The notes: a model not told the origin generated them from the sequence alone. A stretch of DNA of 32,000 nucleotides from Candidatus Electrothrix sp. GW3-4 (GCF_037902255.1 NZ_CP147990.1:1590001-1622000), one strand, 5' to 3'. Positions 1 to 9,432 are shown, counted from the first letter of the stretch. Made by a program: numbers and translations.

Positions 1-1126
1 GTCGCCTGCGAACTGGTTCCGTAGAGGGCTCCTTGGCTGGGCCCTTGCTTTCTTGACGGGCCGCAGTGGAGACCTGCGGGGTCTGCATCCGGTGCAGGAT
101 CTGACGCAAAGGGCCCTGCTGAAAATCTAACCTGGCCAGGTCCCGCTGCTGCTGTAAGCTGACCATGATCAGTAAGACCAAGCGGGGCAGCAGACCATAA
201 CAGAACACGGAGAGACAGAGAAAGGGCCACCAGGAGGTGAGATCTGCATTTATGAGGTGGTAGATCCCCTCTTTAAGGATCAGGCGAGAGCCTTCGATCT
301 GACTGAGGCTGGGGATAAAGGAGTTGGGGAGCCAGGACCAGGGCAGGGCAATCCCATGCACCAGCTCATGTACGGAGGCAGGTGTGACCTGTAAGGTGCT
401 CTGCCAGCCAAAGGCCAGGTCCGCGCCAATGACCTTGAACAGGGTGGCTGCCAGCACGCCAATATTAAAACTGACCCCAAAGACCTGCACTATGAGAAAG
501 AAGGGGCGAAGAAAGACGAGACCGTAGCGCTGCCGGATCTGCCTGACGCTGGCGGCAGAGGCAGACCATTTGAGCCGGGTTTCCGCAGCGACCTTTTGCG
601 AGGTCTTTTTCCTGACCCTGGCCATGAGCTTTTCCAGGAGGCCGGTAAAGAGACGGCGGAGGAGTCGGTAGAGCAGGGAGGCCTCTATGAAATTCTTGCC
701 CTGGAGTTTACGGAAAAAGGCAGAGCCCACCAGCAGGAGGAAGAGAAAGGCCTGGGCAAGAACAAAGACCGTAAAATAGGCAGCCACGTTCACCGGTTCC
801 TTGCCGGAATAGGCGAGAAAGGAGAAGGCCAACCCTCCTCCAGAGAAGAGACCGGTGAGCAGGGCAAGAGCAAAAAAAAGACAGAGCATCTCCTGCCAGG
901 CGTGTCCGGGGAGAGCGATTTCTCCTTCCTCGGGGTGCAGGGCCTCCCGGCGGGAGGAGAGCCAGGATCGTAAGAGAGCTGGTGGCCTTGCTTCCTTGCT
1001 TGGAGAGGGGAGCTCAGTGTATATCTGCCGGTCACGGGCAGCAAGGCGGTCCAAATCCTCGCCCTCATCATGATTGAGGAGGAATTCCAGGTCAATAAGG
1101 TCTGCGATATTCCAGAGTTTCTTCAT
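1..1126 (-). CDS. Polytopic membrane protein. The N-terminus lies in the window and the C-terminus is cut by the window edge. It is possibly DUF2868-like, but that family name is from memory only.
   Basis: This ORF is absent from the supplied track because it has no stop codon inside the window. I hand-checked it triplet by triplet. The ATG is at 1126-1124 on the minus strand, and the frame stays open to position 2 (375 codons, no in-frame stop). The translation begins MKKLWNIADLIDLEFLLNHDEGEDLDRLAARDRQIY. Several hydrophobic spans follow: LCLFFALALLTGLFSGGGLAFSFLAY, VAAYFTVFVLAQAFLFLLLVGSAFF, FLRPFFLIVQVFGVSFNIGVLAATLF and WWPFLCLSVFCYGLLPRLVLLIMV. Track ORFs 280..480, 596..973, 790..1095 and 855..1073 are in other frames. 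Confidence 0.6.
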   Translation of the reverse strand, partial: MKKLWNIADLIDLEFLLNHDEGEDLDRLAARDRQIYTELPSPSKEARPPALLRSWLSSRREALHPEEGEIALPGHAWQEMLCLFFALALLTGLFSGGGLAFSFLAYSGKEPVNVAAYFTVFVLAQAFLFLLLVGSAFFRKLQGKNFIEASLLYRLLRRLFTGLLEKLMARVRKKTSQKVAAETRLKWSASAASVRQIRQRYGLVFLRPFFLIVQVFGVSFNIGVLAATLFKVIGADLAFGWQSTLQVTPASVHELVHGIALPWSWLPNSFIPSLSQIEGSRLILKEGIYHLINADLTSWWPFLCLSVFCYGLLPRLVLLIMVSLQQQRDLARLDFQQGPLRQILHRMQTPQVSTAARQESKGPAKEPSTEPVRRR

Positions 1127-1329
1127 ACACGATATGCTCGTTGATGACAACGGCAAGAATTGATGTATTGCGCAGGATAGCCAAGGTACTTCGGGATGCT
1201 GTTCTTGTCTGGTGCTATGATACCAGAATTTGTTGAGTTGTGCATCCGTGGAGCCCCCTGGATTCAAATAAGAGATAAGGAGAGTACCTCTATCAGGATG
1301 CGGCAGCAGGAAGGGAAGGGGGAAAAGAG

Positions 1330-1354
1330 GTGAACCTGCTGCGGGCAGGTTCAC
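1330..1354 (-). terminator. Candidate intrinsic terminator downstream of nuoB::C
   Basis: There is a perfect 10-bp inverted repeat, GTGAACCTGC (1330-1339) and GCAGGTTCAC (1345-1354), with a 5-nt loop. It lies about 28 nt past the nuoB::C stop codon. On the minus strand the stem is followed by CTCTTTTCCCCC, which is only a short, interrupted U-tract. Confidence 0.45.
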
Positions 1355-1382
1355 TTATGAGAGCAGAATTTGTGGGGTGTTT

Positions 1383-2636
1383 TTAATAAGGACGTTTTAT
1401 TACCCGAGTAGGATCCTCGAAATCCTTACACAAGGGATGCCCTGGAAAGTCGTTCTTCAGGTAGATCCTGCGCATGTCTGGGTGATGAGTAAAGCGGACG
1501 CCGAACATGTCGTAGACCTCACGTTCATGCCATTCCGCCCCAACATAGAGATCAGAGATGGTTTCTATCTCAGCACCATCCTCGTCTTTTTCCACCTGAC
1601 AGCGAAGGAAAACTTTATGACCGCCTTCAACCGAGAGGAGATGCACCACAATGTCAAAATATTCTTTCCAGTCCACACAGGTAAGCTGAAGCAACATCTC
1701 AAGTCCAAGCTCTTTTTCATCCTTCAGGTATTGCACAACCTCTCTGTACAGCTCTTTTGGGATAACCAGATCAAGGTCATAGTCCGTGCCCAGCTCAGCT
1801 ACTTGTTTCGGGGTCGCATCCGGGTGATCATGGACTGTGATTTCCGGGAACTTCTTTTGGAGGGTCTGGAGCAGCGACCAATTACTGATGCCCTTTGCCG
1901 TTGGTTTTCGTCGGGCAGGGGAGGGCAGCTTTTCCTTTTTCAGGCGAATAGGCCTGGGGGGCTTGTAATCAGGATTTTCTCGTTTAAATTGTTCCCTGGC
2001 CTCTGCCATCTCCTGATCCTTTTTTTCCTCCAGAGTAGCCCATTCTTTCTCTGTCGCTGTAAAGGTGTCAAGGAATGGGCTATTGACCAGTTCACCGATC
2101 TCCCAGGGAATCTCACGACCTTCCTTTTTGATCTTTTCCTGCAGCTGCATGATGCCATAGAACAAGGCCTCTGGTCGGGGAGGACAGCCTGGAATATGGA
2201 CATCCACGGGCACTATACGGTCCGCACCCTTCACCACTGCGTATGAGTCATAATAAAAGGGGCCACCGGAGATGGTACAGGAGCCCATGGCAATAACATA
2301 TTTGGGAGCAGGCATCTGCTCATACAGGGTGATGAGGTTTTTAGCCATCTTTTCCACAACAGTCCCTGCCAGGATGATCAGGTCAGCCTGACGGGCACTG
2401 GCCCGGGCCACCTCAACACCGAAACGGGCCCAGTCGTGTCGTGATGCACCGGTGGCCATCATCTCGATAGCACAACAGGAGGTACCGTAGAGCAGGGGCC
2501 AGAGGGAATTTGCCCGTCCCCAAGCCACCAACAGCTCGACAGAACGGGCTAAGCTGTTACCACCAGGGAGCTTTGCTGCGATTTTTCCTGCCTGATGGGC
2601 AAGGACAGAGGATTCGTTTGCCATTGTTACTCCCAT
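1383..2636 (-). CDS. nuoBC: NADH-quinone oxidoreductase subunit B fused to subunit C (NuoB::NuoC)
   Basis: The N-terminal half has NuoB hallmarks, including the Fe-S cysteines in [25 protein letters not shown] and [12 protein letters not shown]. The C-terminal ~150 aa has NuoC hallmarks ([35 protein letters not shown]). The two halves are joined by a charged linker of about 80 aa ([41 protein letters not shown]...). The start could instead be the ATG at 2624 (MANESS). Confidence 0.9.
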   Translation of the reverse strand: MGVTMANESSVLAHQAGKIAAKLPGGNSLARSVELLVAWGRANSLWPLLYGTSCCAIEMMATGASRHDWARFGVEVARASARQADLIILAGTVVEKMAKNLITLYEQMPAPKYVIAMGSCTISGGPFYYDSYAVVKGADRIVPVDVHIPGCPPRPEALFYGIMQLQEKIKKEGREIPWEIGELVNSPFLDTFTATEKEWATLEEKKDQEMAEAREQFKRENPDYKPPRPIRLKKEKLPSPARRKPTAKGISNWSLLQTLQKKFPEITVHDHPDATPKQVAELGTDYDLDLVIPKELYREVVQYLKDEKELGLEMLLQLTCVDWKEYFDIVVHLLSVEGGHKVFLRCQVEKDEDGAEIETISDLYVGAEWHEREVYDMFGVRFTHHPDMRRIYLKNDFPGHPLCKDFEDPTRVIKRPY

Positions 2637-3010
2637 ACCAAAACCCCCTTACGCCATGCATAGAGCAGACCTGAAAAAAGAACACAGATAAACGCGGAGA
2701 GTTCTATGAAAACAAGCTGATGTGTTATGCCTGCAATTTCGCCGTTCACCACCGCCCTGAAGATCTTTACGCAGGGGAAGAGAAACAGGGATTCGATGTC
2801 AAAGAGAAGAAAGAGTAGGGCAAAGATGTAGTAGGCCACTTTGAAGCGGATATGTGCGCCACCAATGGGGGCCTCTGAGCATTCAAAGGGCTGTAATTTG
2901 AGCTCAGTATCTGGGGTGCGGAATGCAAGCAGTTTTGACAAGCCAATAACGCCACCGACAAAGATAGCGCCAAGGAATGCCGTGAATCCGATGATTATGT
3001 AGCTGTCCAT
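2627..3010 (-). CDS. nuoA: NADH-quinone oxidoreductase subunit A
   Basis: This is a 127-aa protein with three hydrophobic spans. It carries the NuoA signature [38 protein letters not shown]. It overlaps or abuts nuoB::C on the same strand. Confidence 0.85.
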   Translation of the reverse strand: MDSYIIIGFTAFLGAIFVGGVIGLSKLLAFRTPDTELKLQPFECSEAPIGGAHIRFKVAYYIFALLFLLFDIESLFLFPCVKIFRAVVNGEIAGITHQLVFIELSAFICVLFSGLLYAWRKGVLVWE

Positions 3011-3303
3011 GATACGACTGTGTCGCCTCCTGTGTTTGCCCTGTTGAGCAGATGCCTCTTGTGATTTCAGAGCAGGTTGTGACCTGTCCTGTTGATGGTA
3101 TGAAATATAAAAATTCGTTCATCTAGTGAAGAGCAAATCGGCCCTCTTGTCAAGGAGAATCCGACGGCACCCCTGAATGAATTTTTTTTGTCTTATTCAG
3201 TAGTCGGATAGCCGTCAGGGGTGAGACAATCTTGTCAGAAAGATGACACGGGGCTTCTATATTGTCATGGAAGTGTTACAGTCAGCGCAAGAGAAAATAC
3301 TTT

Positions 3304-4929
3304 CTATTTTTTGGCTGTGCTCATATCAATCAGCATATGTTCCATCATGCCCAGGAGCTCTTTCAAGGTCTCGCTCTCTTGCGCACTGATGCAGAGGCCA
3401 TTTTTTACCTGGGAGGGGAGGTTGTCACGCACCAGATCTATCTTATTATACACACGCAGACAAGGGATCTTGTCGAGCTCAAGTTTTCGCAAAAGCTCTT
3501 CCACGACTCGGGCCTGTTCCTTCCATGCCTGATTTGAAATATCAATGATATGGAGCAAGAGATCTGCTTCAAAGAGCTCCTCAAGGGTCGACTCAAAGGC
3601 CTTGAGAAGTTCTGCGGGCAGCTGCCGGATAAATCCTACCGTATCTGTGATAATGACCTCGGTGTCCTCGGGAAAACGAAGGCGTCGAGAGGTGGGGTCA
3701 AGGGTGGCAAAGAGCATGTCTTCGGCCTGGATATGGGAATGGGTGAGGGTGTTGAGCAGGGTGGATTTGCCTGCATTGGTGTAGCCGACCAGAGAAACCA
3801 CTGGCACATCGTGTTTGCGCCGGCGGTTTCGACGATGATAGCGTTGTTTGCCCACGGCTTTAAGCTCCTTGGCCAAGCGGGCAATGCGGTCATTGATCCG
3901 GCGGCGATCGATTTCCAGTTTTGTTTCACCTGGCCCTCGGGCCCCTATGCCACCGGTGAGTCGGGAAAGGGCATCGTCCTTGGTGGTCAGCATAGGGAGC
4001 ATGTACTTGAGCTGGGCCATCTCTATCTGGAGCTTCCCCTCCCGGGAGCGGGCCCGGGAGGCAAAGATGTCAAGGATCAGCTGGGTGCGGTCGATGACCC
4101 GCAGGTCCGTATTGTTGGTGACTGAGCGGACCTGGGATGGACTCAGCTCCTGATCAAAGATGAGCAGGTTGGCCCCATTGCGGAGGCTCATCAGAACAAT
4201 ATCGATCAGCTTGCCGCGTCCGAGGATGAAACGGGGATGCAGTTGGCGCCGGCGCTGAATAACCCGATCAACTACCTGTACCCCTGCTGCCCGTGCCAGT
4301 TCAGAGAGCTCAATCATGGAGTCTTCGGCCTCAGCCCTGGAGCCTGTACCGACGGAAATCAGGATTGCCCGATCATGCCCTTTGTCAACGGTGCGAATTG
4401 GCCGTGTTTTGGAAAATTCCTGCTCAATGCCTTCGATCAGAGCAAGGCAGGATTGCTGCTGGGCTGCCGGATGGACCGGTTCAAGGAGGTGCCAGTCCCG
4501 TTCGTCTCTTGGCTCTGGAATGAGATGCGCCGTATGGAGGAGGTCTGGATAGCCATCCTTCATGGTCAACACAGATATCATGTCCAGCCGCAGACAGGCC
4601 ATATCCATGATGTCCTCCTCATTGGGTCCGGTGTCGCTGAAGCTGGTATGGACACAGCGGAGCCCGCGTAAGCGACCGCCTGCGGAGCGGATTTTGTTCA
4701 GAACCGGTATCTCGATCCGGTTGTAATCGCCCAGGATAACGAATTCCACCTTGCCGGACCTGTGAATGATGAGGCCTATCTGGCGATTGAGTTCCGTGGA
4801 GAGGGACGTCATAGCACGGGCCAGATCCCGTCCGATAATTTCATCCGGGCTGACTTTTTTTTGCCCCAGGCGTTCCAGTTGCCGGAGCTGTTTTGTCTTG
4901 AGTCCTGATTTATTGCCGATGATACTGAT
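3304..4929 (-). CDS. hflX: GTPase HflX. The 5' end is extended beyond the track ATG at 4812 (see finding).
   Basis: The GTPase motifs are G1 GYTNAGKST, G3 DTVGF and G4 NKID, and an HflX-type N-terminal domain is present. The frame stays open upstream of the ATG at 4812 as far as a TAA at 4950-4948. That extension encodes ISIIGNKSGLKTKQLRQLERLGQKKVSPDEIIGRDLARA and is preceded by AGAGGAGGA. The conservative coordinates are 3304..4812. Confidence 0.85.
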   Translation of the reverse strand: MSIIGNKSGLKTKQLRQLERLGQKKVSPDEIIGRDLARAMTSLSTELNRQIGLIIHRSGKVEFVILGDYNRIEIPVLNKIRSAGGRLRGLRCVHTSFSDTGPNEEDIMDMACLRLDMISVLTMKDGYPDLLHTAHLIPEPRDERDWHLLEPVHPAAQQQSCLALIEGIEQEFSKTRPIRTVDKGHDRAILISVGTGSRAEAEDSMIELSELARAAGVQVVDRVIQRRRQLHPRFILGRGKLIDIVLMSLRNGANLLIFDQELSPSQVRSVTNNTDLRVIDRTQLILDIFASRARSREGKLQIEMAQLKYMLPMLTTKDDALSRLTGGIGARGPGETKLEIDRRRINDRIARLAKELKAVGKQRYHRRNRRRKHDVPVVSLVGYTNAGKSTLLNTLTHSHIQAEDMLFATLDPTSRRLRFPEDTEVIITDTVGFIRQLPAELLKAFESTLEELFEADLLLHIIDISNQAWKEQARVVEELLRKLELDKIPCLRVYNKIDLVRDNLPSQVKNGLCISAQESETLKELLGMMEHMLIDMSTAKK

Positions 4930-5136
4930 AACGTTTCCTCCTCTTAGTTATGATGCGGAAGTGGCCATCTTGCTGATGGAAACAGCGCCTATATCATATG
5001 GCTATATCATATAAGGCACATTATACCTTTATTTTCTGTTTTCTGGCATGAAAAATGAGCTTCACTGCTGATGGATGGGAGGACCCTTTTCTGCCTGGCA
5101 GAGAAAACCAAAAGATCTTGGGAAATACGTTGCGTA

Positions 5137-5148
5137 TTTTTTTTTTTT
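5137..5148. repeat. T12 homopolymer in the divergent hflX / cNMP-protein intergenic region
   Basis: Counted directly: gcgta + 12 T + attgtcataatag. It sits inside an A+T-rich stretch between two divergent genes. Confidence 0.9.
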
Positions 5149-5332
5149 ATTGTCATAATAGATTAAAAATAATGTTTCTGTCATGGAAAAATGGCTGTCC
5201 GAAGGGTGTGCTATAGTCCTGTGCGGTTCTGTGTACTCCTCTATGTTGCTTCTTCTCTCCTTTGTTACAGGGGAGTTTTTTGTCGGTTAGCCAGACGGAT
5301 CTGTACACCTCAGACGTATCAATATATCACAA

Positions 5333-6448
5333 ATGGGACTTCCAAGAGTAATTTTCCGGGTCTGCGAAACAAATAACTGCCCGAAATATCAGTATGGAGA
5401 TGCATTTACCGTTTCCGGGGTAGCCATCATGATGGAAACTGACGGAGACAGTTCTTTTGTCTGTACGACAGCTGTCTACTCGAACCAGAACAGAGATAAT
5501 TGCGAAATACTCTATGGCGACTTGGTCAAAATCGTTATTAAGTATGAGCGGGCTGATCAGATTCCAGACTGTCTCATTGCCTGTTCCGGTTGCGTGGGCA
5601 CCATTCGTCTTGAGCATTCCACCAAGCATCCTTTTGCCTTAGAACATGACAACCTGCAGAGGCAGGGTAAGGAAATGGGCCCTGTGCTCAGTAAAGTAAG
5701 TAAGTTTTCTTTTTTCCGTAATATTAGTCCTAAAAATCTTGCTGAAATTATCCAGAGCGCTAAGCTCCAAGCCTATAAAAAAGATGAAATTGTTTTGCGC
5801 AAGGGAGAGCAGGGGGAAAATCTGTACATTGTAATTAATGGGAAGATCAATGTCTTGAATGAGGCAGGGATTTCTATTTCAACCCTTGGGGAAGGTGAGG
5901 TCTTTGGTGAGATGAGCCTTATCTGTGATCAGGAGGTTGGTTCAACGATCCAGGCCGCTGGAGATGTGCAGATATTGAGTATCCATCGCAAGAATTTTCA
6001 ATTTATCATGGATAAATATCCTTCCTTGCATAGATATTTCAATCGACTGCTTGCCCAGAGACTTGCTCAGTCAAATCAGATCCGTTCTGACGAATATGCC
6101 TCAGGGATGATCGGTAAGTTAGAGGAAATCCCACCTGAGGCCCTGTTCCAAACCCTGCATGCCAATGCCAAGACAGGTATTCTGACTATTACTGAGGTCT
6201 CTGAAGGGACGGCCCGGTTTTCTCTGCGGCAAGGGGCCCTGATCAAGGCCTCCTATGCAGGTCTTAAAGGTAAGCATGCTTTTTTTAAAATACTCCGTGA
6301 GAAAAAAGGCCGTTTTAAGTTTAATCCCGGTCTGTCTTCTGGTGATTTCGATGCGCCGGAAATTGGTTATTTCATGAAGTTGCTCATGGAGGGGCTCCAG
6401 CATATGGATGAGCTGAGGGATGAGGAAGAGAAAGGCAATAAGTCGTAA
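5333..6448 (+). CDS. Three-domain protein: a Cys-rich N-terminal domain, a cyclic-nucleotide-binding domain and a DUF4388-like C-terminal domain
   Basis: The cNMP-binding region reads FFRNISPKNLAEIIQSAKLQAYKKDEIVLRKGEQGENLYIVINGKI...GEGEVFGEMSLI...RKNF. The C-terminal part (GKLEEIPPEALFQTLHANAKTGILTI...GKHAFFKILREKKGRFKF) resembles DUF4388. The first 90 residues contain 7 Cys (11, 16, 44, 57, 80, 84, 87). There is no clear Shine-Dalgarno sequence before the ATG. Confidence 0.7.
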   Translation: MGLPRVIFRVCETNNCPKYQYGDAFTVSGVAIMMETDGDSSFVCTTAVYSNQNRDNCEILYGDLVKIVIKYERADQIPDCLIACSGCVGTIRLEHSTKHPFALEHDNLQRQGKEMGPVLSKVSKFSFFRNISPKNLAEIIQSAKLQAYKKDEIVLRKGEQGENLYIVINGKINVLNEAGISISTLGEGEVFGEMSLICDQEVGSTIQAAGDVQILSIHRKNFQFIMDKYPSLHRYFNRLLAQRLAQSNQIRSDEYASGMIGKLEEIPPEALFQTLHANAKTGILTITEVSEGTARFSLRQGALIKASYAGLKGKHAFFKILREKKGRFKFNPGLSSGDFDAPEIGYFMKLLMEGLQHMDELRDEEEKGNKS

Positions 6449-6492
6449 ACAGTGGTTACGGCCCGAGTCGTGCAAAAAGGAAGAAACAGCGC

Positions 6493-7941
6493 ATGCAGGA
6501 CATGAGTGCTGATCAGTCAGCTCAATACGCCCTAAAGGGGTCTTTTGTCCAGATCCGTTCTGAGAGGAAAAAGAAGAGCTATCTCATCGGTGGGATAGCT
6601 CTTTTTTGCTGCCTGGTTGCGCTTACAGGATGCCGACATAGGGTTCAGCAAAATCCACAGCCGGAGCCTGTGCCGCCGAAACAGTATCCCAGCGGATCAA
6701 CAAGGCAAAGTGAGGCCCGTTCCCCGCAATGGTGGCTCTCGTTCAATGATCCCCTCCTTAGTCAATATATTGAGAAGGCATTGGGCGCTAATTTCACCCT
6801 GAAAGAAGGGGCGGCTCGTCTTAAACAGACAGGCCTTGTTGCCCAGCAGGTGGATGCGGATCAATATCCCGCTCTGGACGCTGGACTTCAGGGCAATACG
6901 GATTGGGAAGACAATGACCTGGTGTTTTCTGAGCGTATCGGCGTGACCTTTTCCTGGGAAGCCGATCTTTGGGGCAGGCTTGCCGCTGCCAGCCAGGCTG
7001 CCGCTCTGGATAGCCAGGCGGAAAAAGAGGCCCTTGCCGAGCTCTCTTTGGCCCTGAGTCTTGAGGTCGCGCAGGCCTATTATGAGCTCATTGAGCAAAG
7101 CCTGCTTTGGGACTTGATCCAACGGCAGATCGCTGTCGATACAACGAGCCATGATTTGGTCAAACTTCGTTTTGCCAACGGGACTGTCTCTTCGGCGGAT
7201 GTCCTTCAGCAGGAAGAACTCCTGGCCTCAGTCAAGGCCCAGCTCCCACCGATTCAGGCTCGCCTTATTGTTCTTCGCCATCGTCTTCATATCCTCCAGG
7301 GCCGTATGCCGGACAGTAAGGTCCTGCCTGTGGCCAAGGTCCTGCCCGAGATTCCGCCTCTGCCTGTTCTTGGTATTCCAGCGGATCTCTTGCTTCATCG
7401 TCCAGATCTGCGCAAATTGGGGCAAGAGGTGGCCGCAGCGGATTATCGGGTTGCCGAGGCTGCTGCGGAGCGGCTGCCCAGCCTGAAGTTGGGTGCTTCA
7501 GCTGCCCTGAGCAGTGGTGATCTTCTTCTTTCCATCTTTGCCGAGGCCCTGGCCACGGTCCTGGACTGGGACCAGAGGAAAAACGAGGTGGAGCGCCGTA
7601 AGGCCCAGGTCGAGGAGAAAATGGCGGCCTGGGCCCAGGCCTATCTTGAGGCGGTGGAAGAGGTGGAAAACTTCCTGAGCCAGGAACAGGAGCAGGGAAA
7701 ACTCATCATTGCCCTTCAGGAACAGCTCCGGGTGGCAGAGGCCCTTTTGGAGCAGACCCGTAACCGCTACCTGCATGGGGTAACCGATTATTTGCCGGTA
7801 CTCACCGCCCTGGTTTCTGTTCAAAAGCTGGAGCGTTCCCTGATCCGACAGCAGTGGGAGCAGCTCAACTCGCGTCTCCAACTCTATCATGCCCTGGGCG
7901 GCAGCCCGGTCGCCCTCCATTCTTTTGCATCTTTGCCCTAA
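6493..7941 (+). CDS. RND efflux outer-membrane factor lipoprotein (NodT/TolC family)
   Basis: A lipobox (LVALTGC) follows a hydrophobic signal sequence. The rest shows the two-repeat coiled-coil and beta-barrel pattern typical of OMF proteins. An AAGGAAG sequence lies upstream of the ATG. Confidence 0.85.
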   Translation: MQDMSADQSAQYALKGSFVQIRSERKKKSYLIGGIALFCCLVALTGCRHRVQQNPQPEPVPPKQYPSGSTRQSEARSPQWWLSFNDPLLSQYIEKALGANFTLKEGAARLKQTGLVAQQVDADQYPALDAGLQGNTDWEDNDLVFSERIGVTFSWEADLWGRLAAASQAAALDSQAEKEALAELSLALSLEVAQAYYELIEQSLLWDLIQRQIAVDTTSHDLVKLRFANGTVSSADVLQQEELLASVKAQLPPIQARLIVLRHRLHILQGRMPDSKVLPVAKVLPEIPPLPVLGIPADLLLHRPDLRKLGQEVAAADYRVAEAAAERLPSLKLGASAALSSGDLLLSIFAEALATVLDWDQRKNEVERRKAQVEEKMAAWAQAYLEAVEEVENFLSQEQEQGKLIIALQEQLRVAEALLEQTRNRYLHGVTDYLPVLTALVSVQKLERSLIRQQWEQLNSRLQLYHALGGSPVALHSFASLP

Positions 7942-7954
7942 TCTTCCCTCATCC

Positions 7955-9196
7955 ATGAAAGTCATTCTGAAAGCGCTCTTGTCGTTGCTGATCCTTGCCG
8001 TTGCAGCTGGCGTGGCCTGGCATTTTTATACCCATAAGCCCCGACCCAAGAAGGCCCGCCCGCAACGAGCCATTCCCCTGGTCCAGGCCATTACGGTCCA
8101 GCCAGGCACAGAGCCTGTGGCCTTTGAGGCCTCGGGTACGGTGATGCCAGCGAGAAGGCTTGTGGTGAGCAGTGAAGTTGAAGGGCGCATTCTGCAACAG
8201 AACACGAATCTCGTGCCGGGTGGTATTATCAGGAAGGATGATCTGCTTATCCGCCTTGATGACCGGGATTATCGTTTTCAGGTTCGAGAGCGCCAGGCCG
8301 AGTTGGCTACAGCAGAATATGAGCTTGCCGTGGAGCAGGGCAAGCAGGTTATTGCCCGTCAGGAATGGCAGATCCTGGCCAAGGAGATGAACAAGGCCCA
8401 GGCGAACCGGGATCTGGCCCTGCGCAAGCCCCATCTTCGCCATGTACAGGCCCAGATTGCCGCAGCAAAGGCGCGTTTGGAGGCAGCTCAGCTGGCTGAA
8501 GCGCGGACAAGCATTCGGGCCCCCTTTACCGCTATTGTCCTGGAAGAAGAGGTGGAAAAGGGCCAGTTTATCGGGAGACAGGTCGATATTGCCACCCTTG
8601 CAGCGACTGAGACCTTTTGGGTCCAGGTGGCAGTGCCCCTCTTTCTCCTGGAGCGCATCCGGTTTCCTGATCAGGCGGGGCAGCAGGGAAGCAAGGTGGA
8701 GATCATCTTAGACCGAGGGCAGGGAAGCCGCCCTCTGCTCCGGGAAGGGAGGGTTTACAGCCTGCTGGCTGATCTTGCTCCCAAGGGACGTATGGCCCGG
8801 CTGCTGGTTAACCTGCCTGATCCGCTTTGTCTTGGGACGGAGGAGATGGCAGAGGAGGTCAAGGCCTCCTGTGCGCCAGAGGAGAAGATCCTTTTGGACA
8901 GCTTTGTCCGGGTGCGGATAGATGCAGGGCAGCTGGAACAGGTTCTTGTCCTGCCAGCAAAGGCCCTGCGCGAGGGCAACCGTCTCTGGGTGGTCAATGC
9001 AGAGGGGCTGCTCTCTTTCAGAGAGGCCCAGGTCCGCTGGCGGCGGGTGGATGAAGTCCTGGTGGAGGCGAAGATCGGCCCGGATGAGCGGGTGATTACC
9101 AGCCGTTTACAGGCGCCGATTCCGGGGATGAAGGTGAGAGAGGAGTCGGAGGAGAATCCCTTGCTGCATCGGGGGAAAATTCTTCCAGAGCGATAA
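7955..9196 (+). CDS. RND efflux periplasmic adaptor (membrane fusion protein, HlyD family)
   Basis: An N-terminal anchor (MKVILKALLSLLILAVAAGVAWHF) is followed by lipoyl-like and coiled-coil segments (RERQAELATAEYEL...AQIAAAKARLEAAQLAEARTSIRAPF). The track start at 7889 would overlap the OMF gene by 53 nt, so I prefer the ATG at 7955. Confidence 0.85.
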   Translation: MKVILKALLSLLILAVAAGVAWHFYTHKPRPKKARPQRAIPLVQAITVQPGTEPVAFEASGTVMPARRLVVSSEVEGRILQQNTNLVPGGIIRKDDLLIRLDDRDYRFQVRERQAELATAEYELAVEQGKQVIARQEWQILAKEMNKAQANRDLALRKPHLRHVQAQIAAAKARLEAAQLAEARTSIRAPFTAIVLEEEVEKGQFIGRQVDIATLAATETFWVQVAVPLFLLERIRFPDQAGQQGSKVEIILDRGQGSRPLLREGRVYSLLADLAPKGRMARLLVNLPDPLCLGTEEMAEEVKASCAPEEKILLDSFVRVRIDAGQLEQVLVLPAKALREGNRLWVVNAEGLLSFREAQVRWRRVDEVLVEAKIGPDERVITSRLQAPIPGMKVREESEENPLLHRGKILPER

Positions 9197-9432
9197 AGAT
9201 TACGTTGAAGCAGGAGAAAGAGGCCCTGAAGCGGGCAGAAACCATCCTGCAGCAGGAAAAAGTCATTCTGTAGTGCTGCAATACTTTTTTCGCCGCCTGC
9301 AGCGGCTTATCTTCCAGGGCATCTTGAGGGATTATCTCGGCGAGAGAACGATGAAGACCTCCTCTGCCTGTCAAGGGAGTTGTATAATGGATACCCACTT
9401 AAGCTAAGCCCATTAATTTCCCCAAAAAAAAT

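Noticed and set aside
1377-2246. 289-aa plus-strand ORF
   Set aside because: It lies entirely antisense to the well-supported nuoB::C gene. It has no recognisable motifs and a low-complexity F/L-rich translation, so it is a shadow ORF.
3545-4671. Several plus-strand ORFs (79-191 aa) within hflX
   Set aside because: They are antisense shadows of hflX, without RBS or recognisable domains.
5040-5065. Sigma-54-like TGGCAT element upstream of the cNMP-protein gene
   Set aside because: The spacing and sequence of the -12 element (TTGC) do not fit, so only the GG part resembles the consensus.
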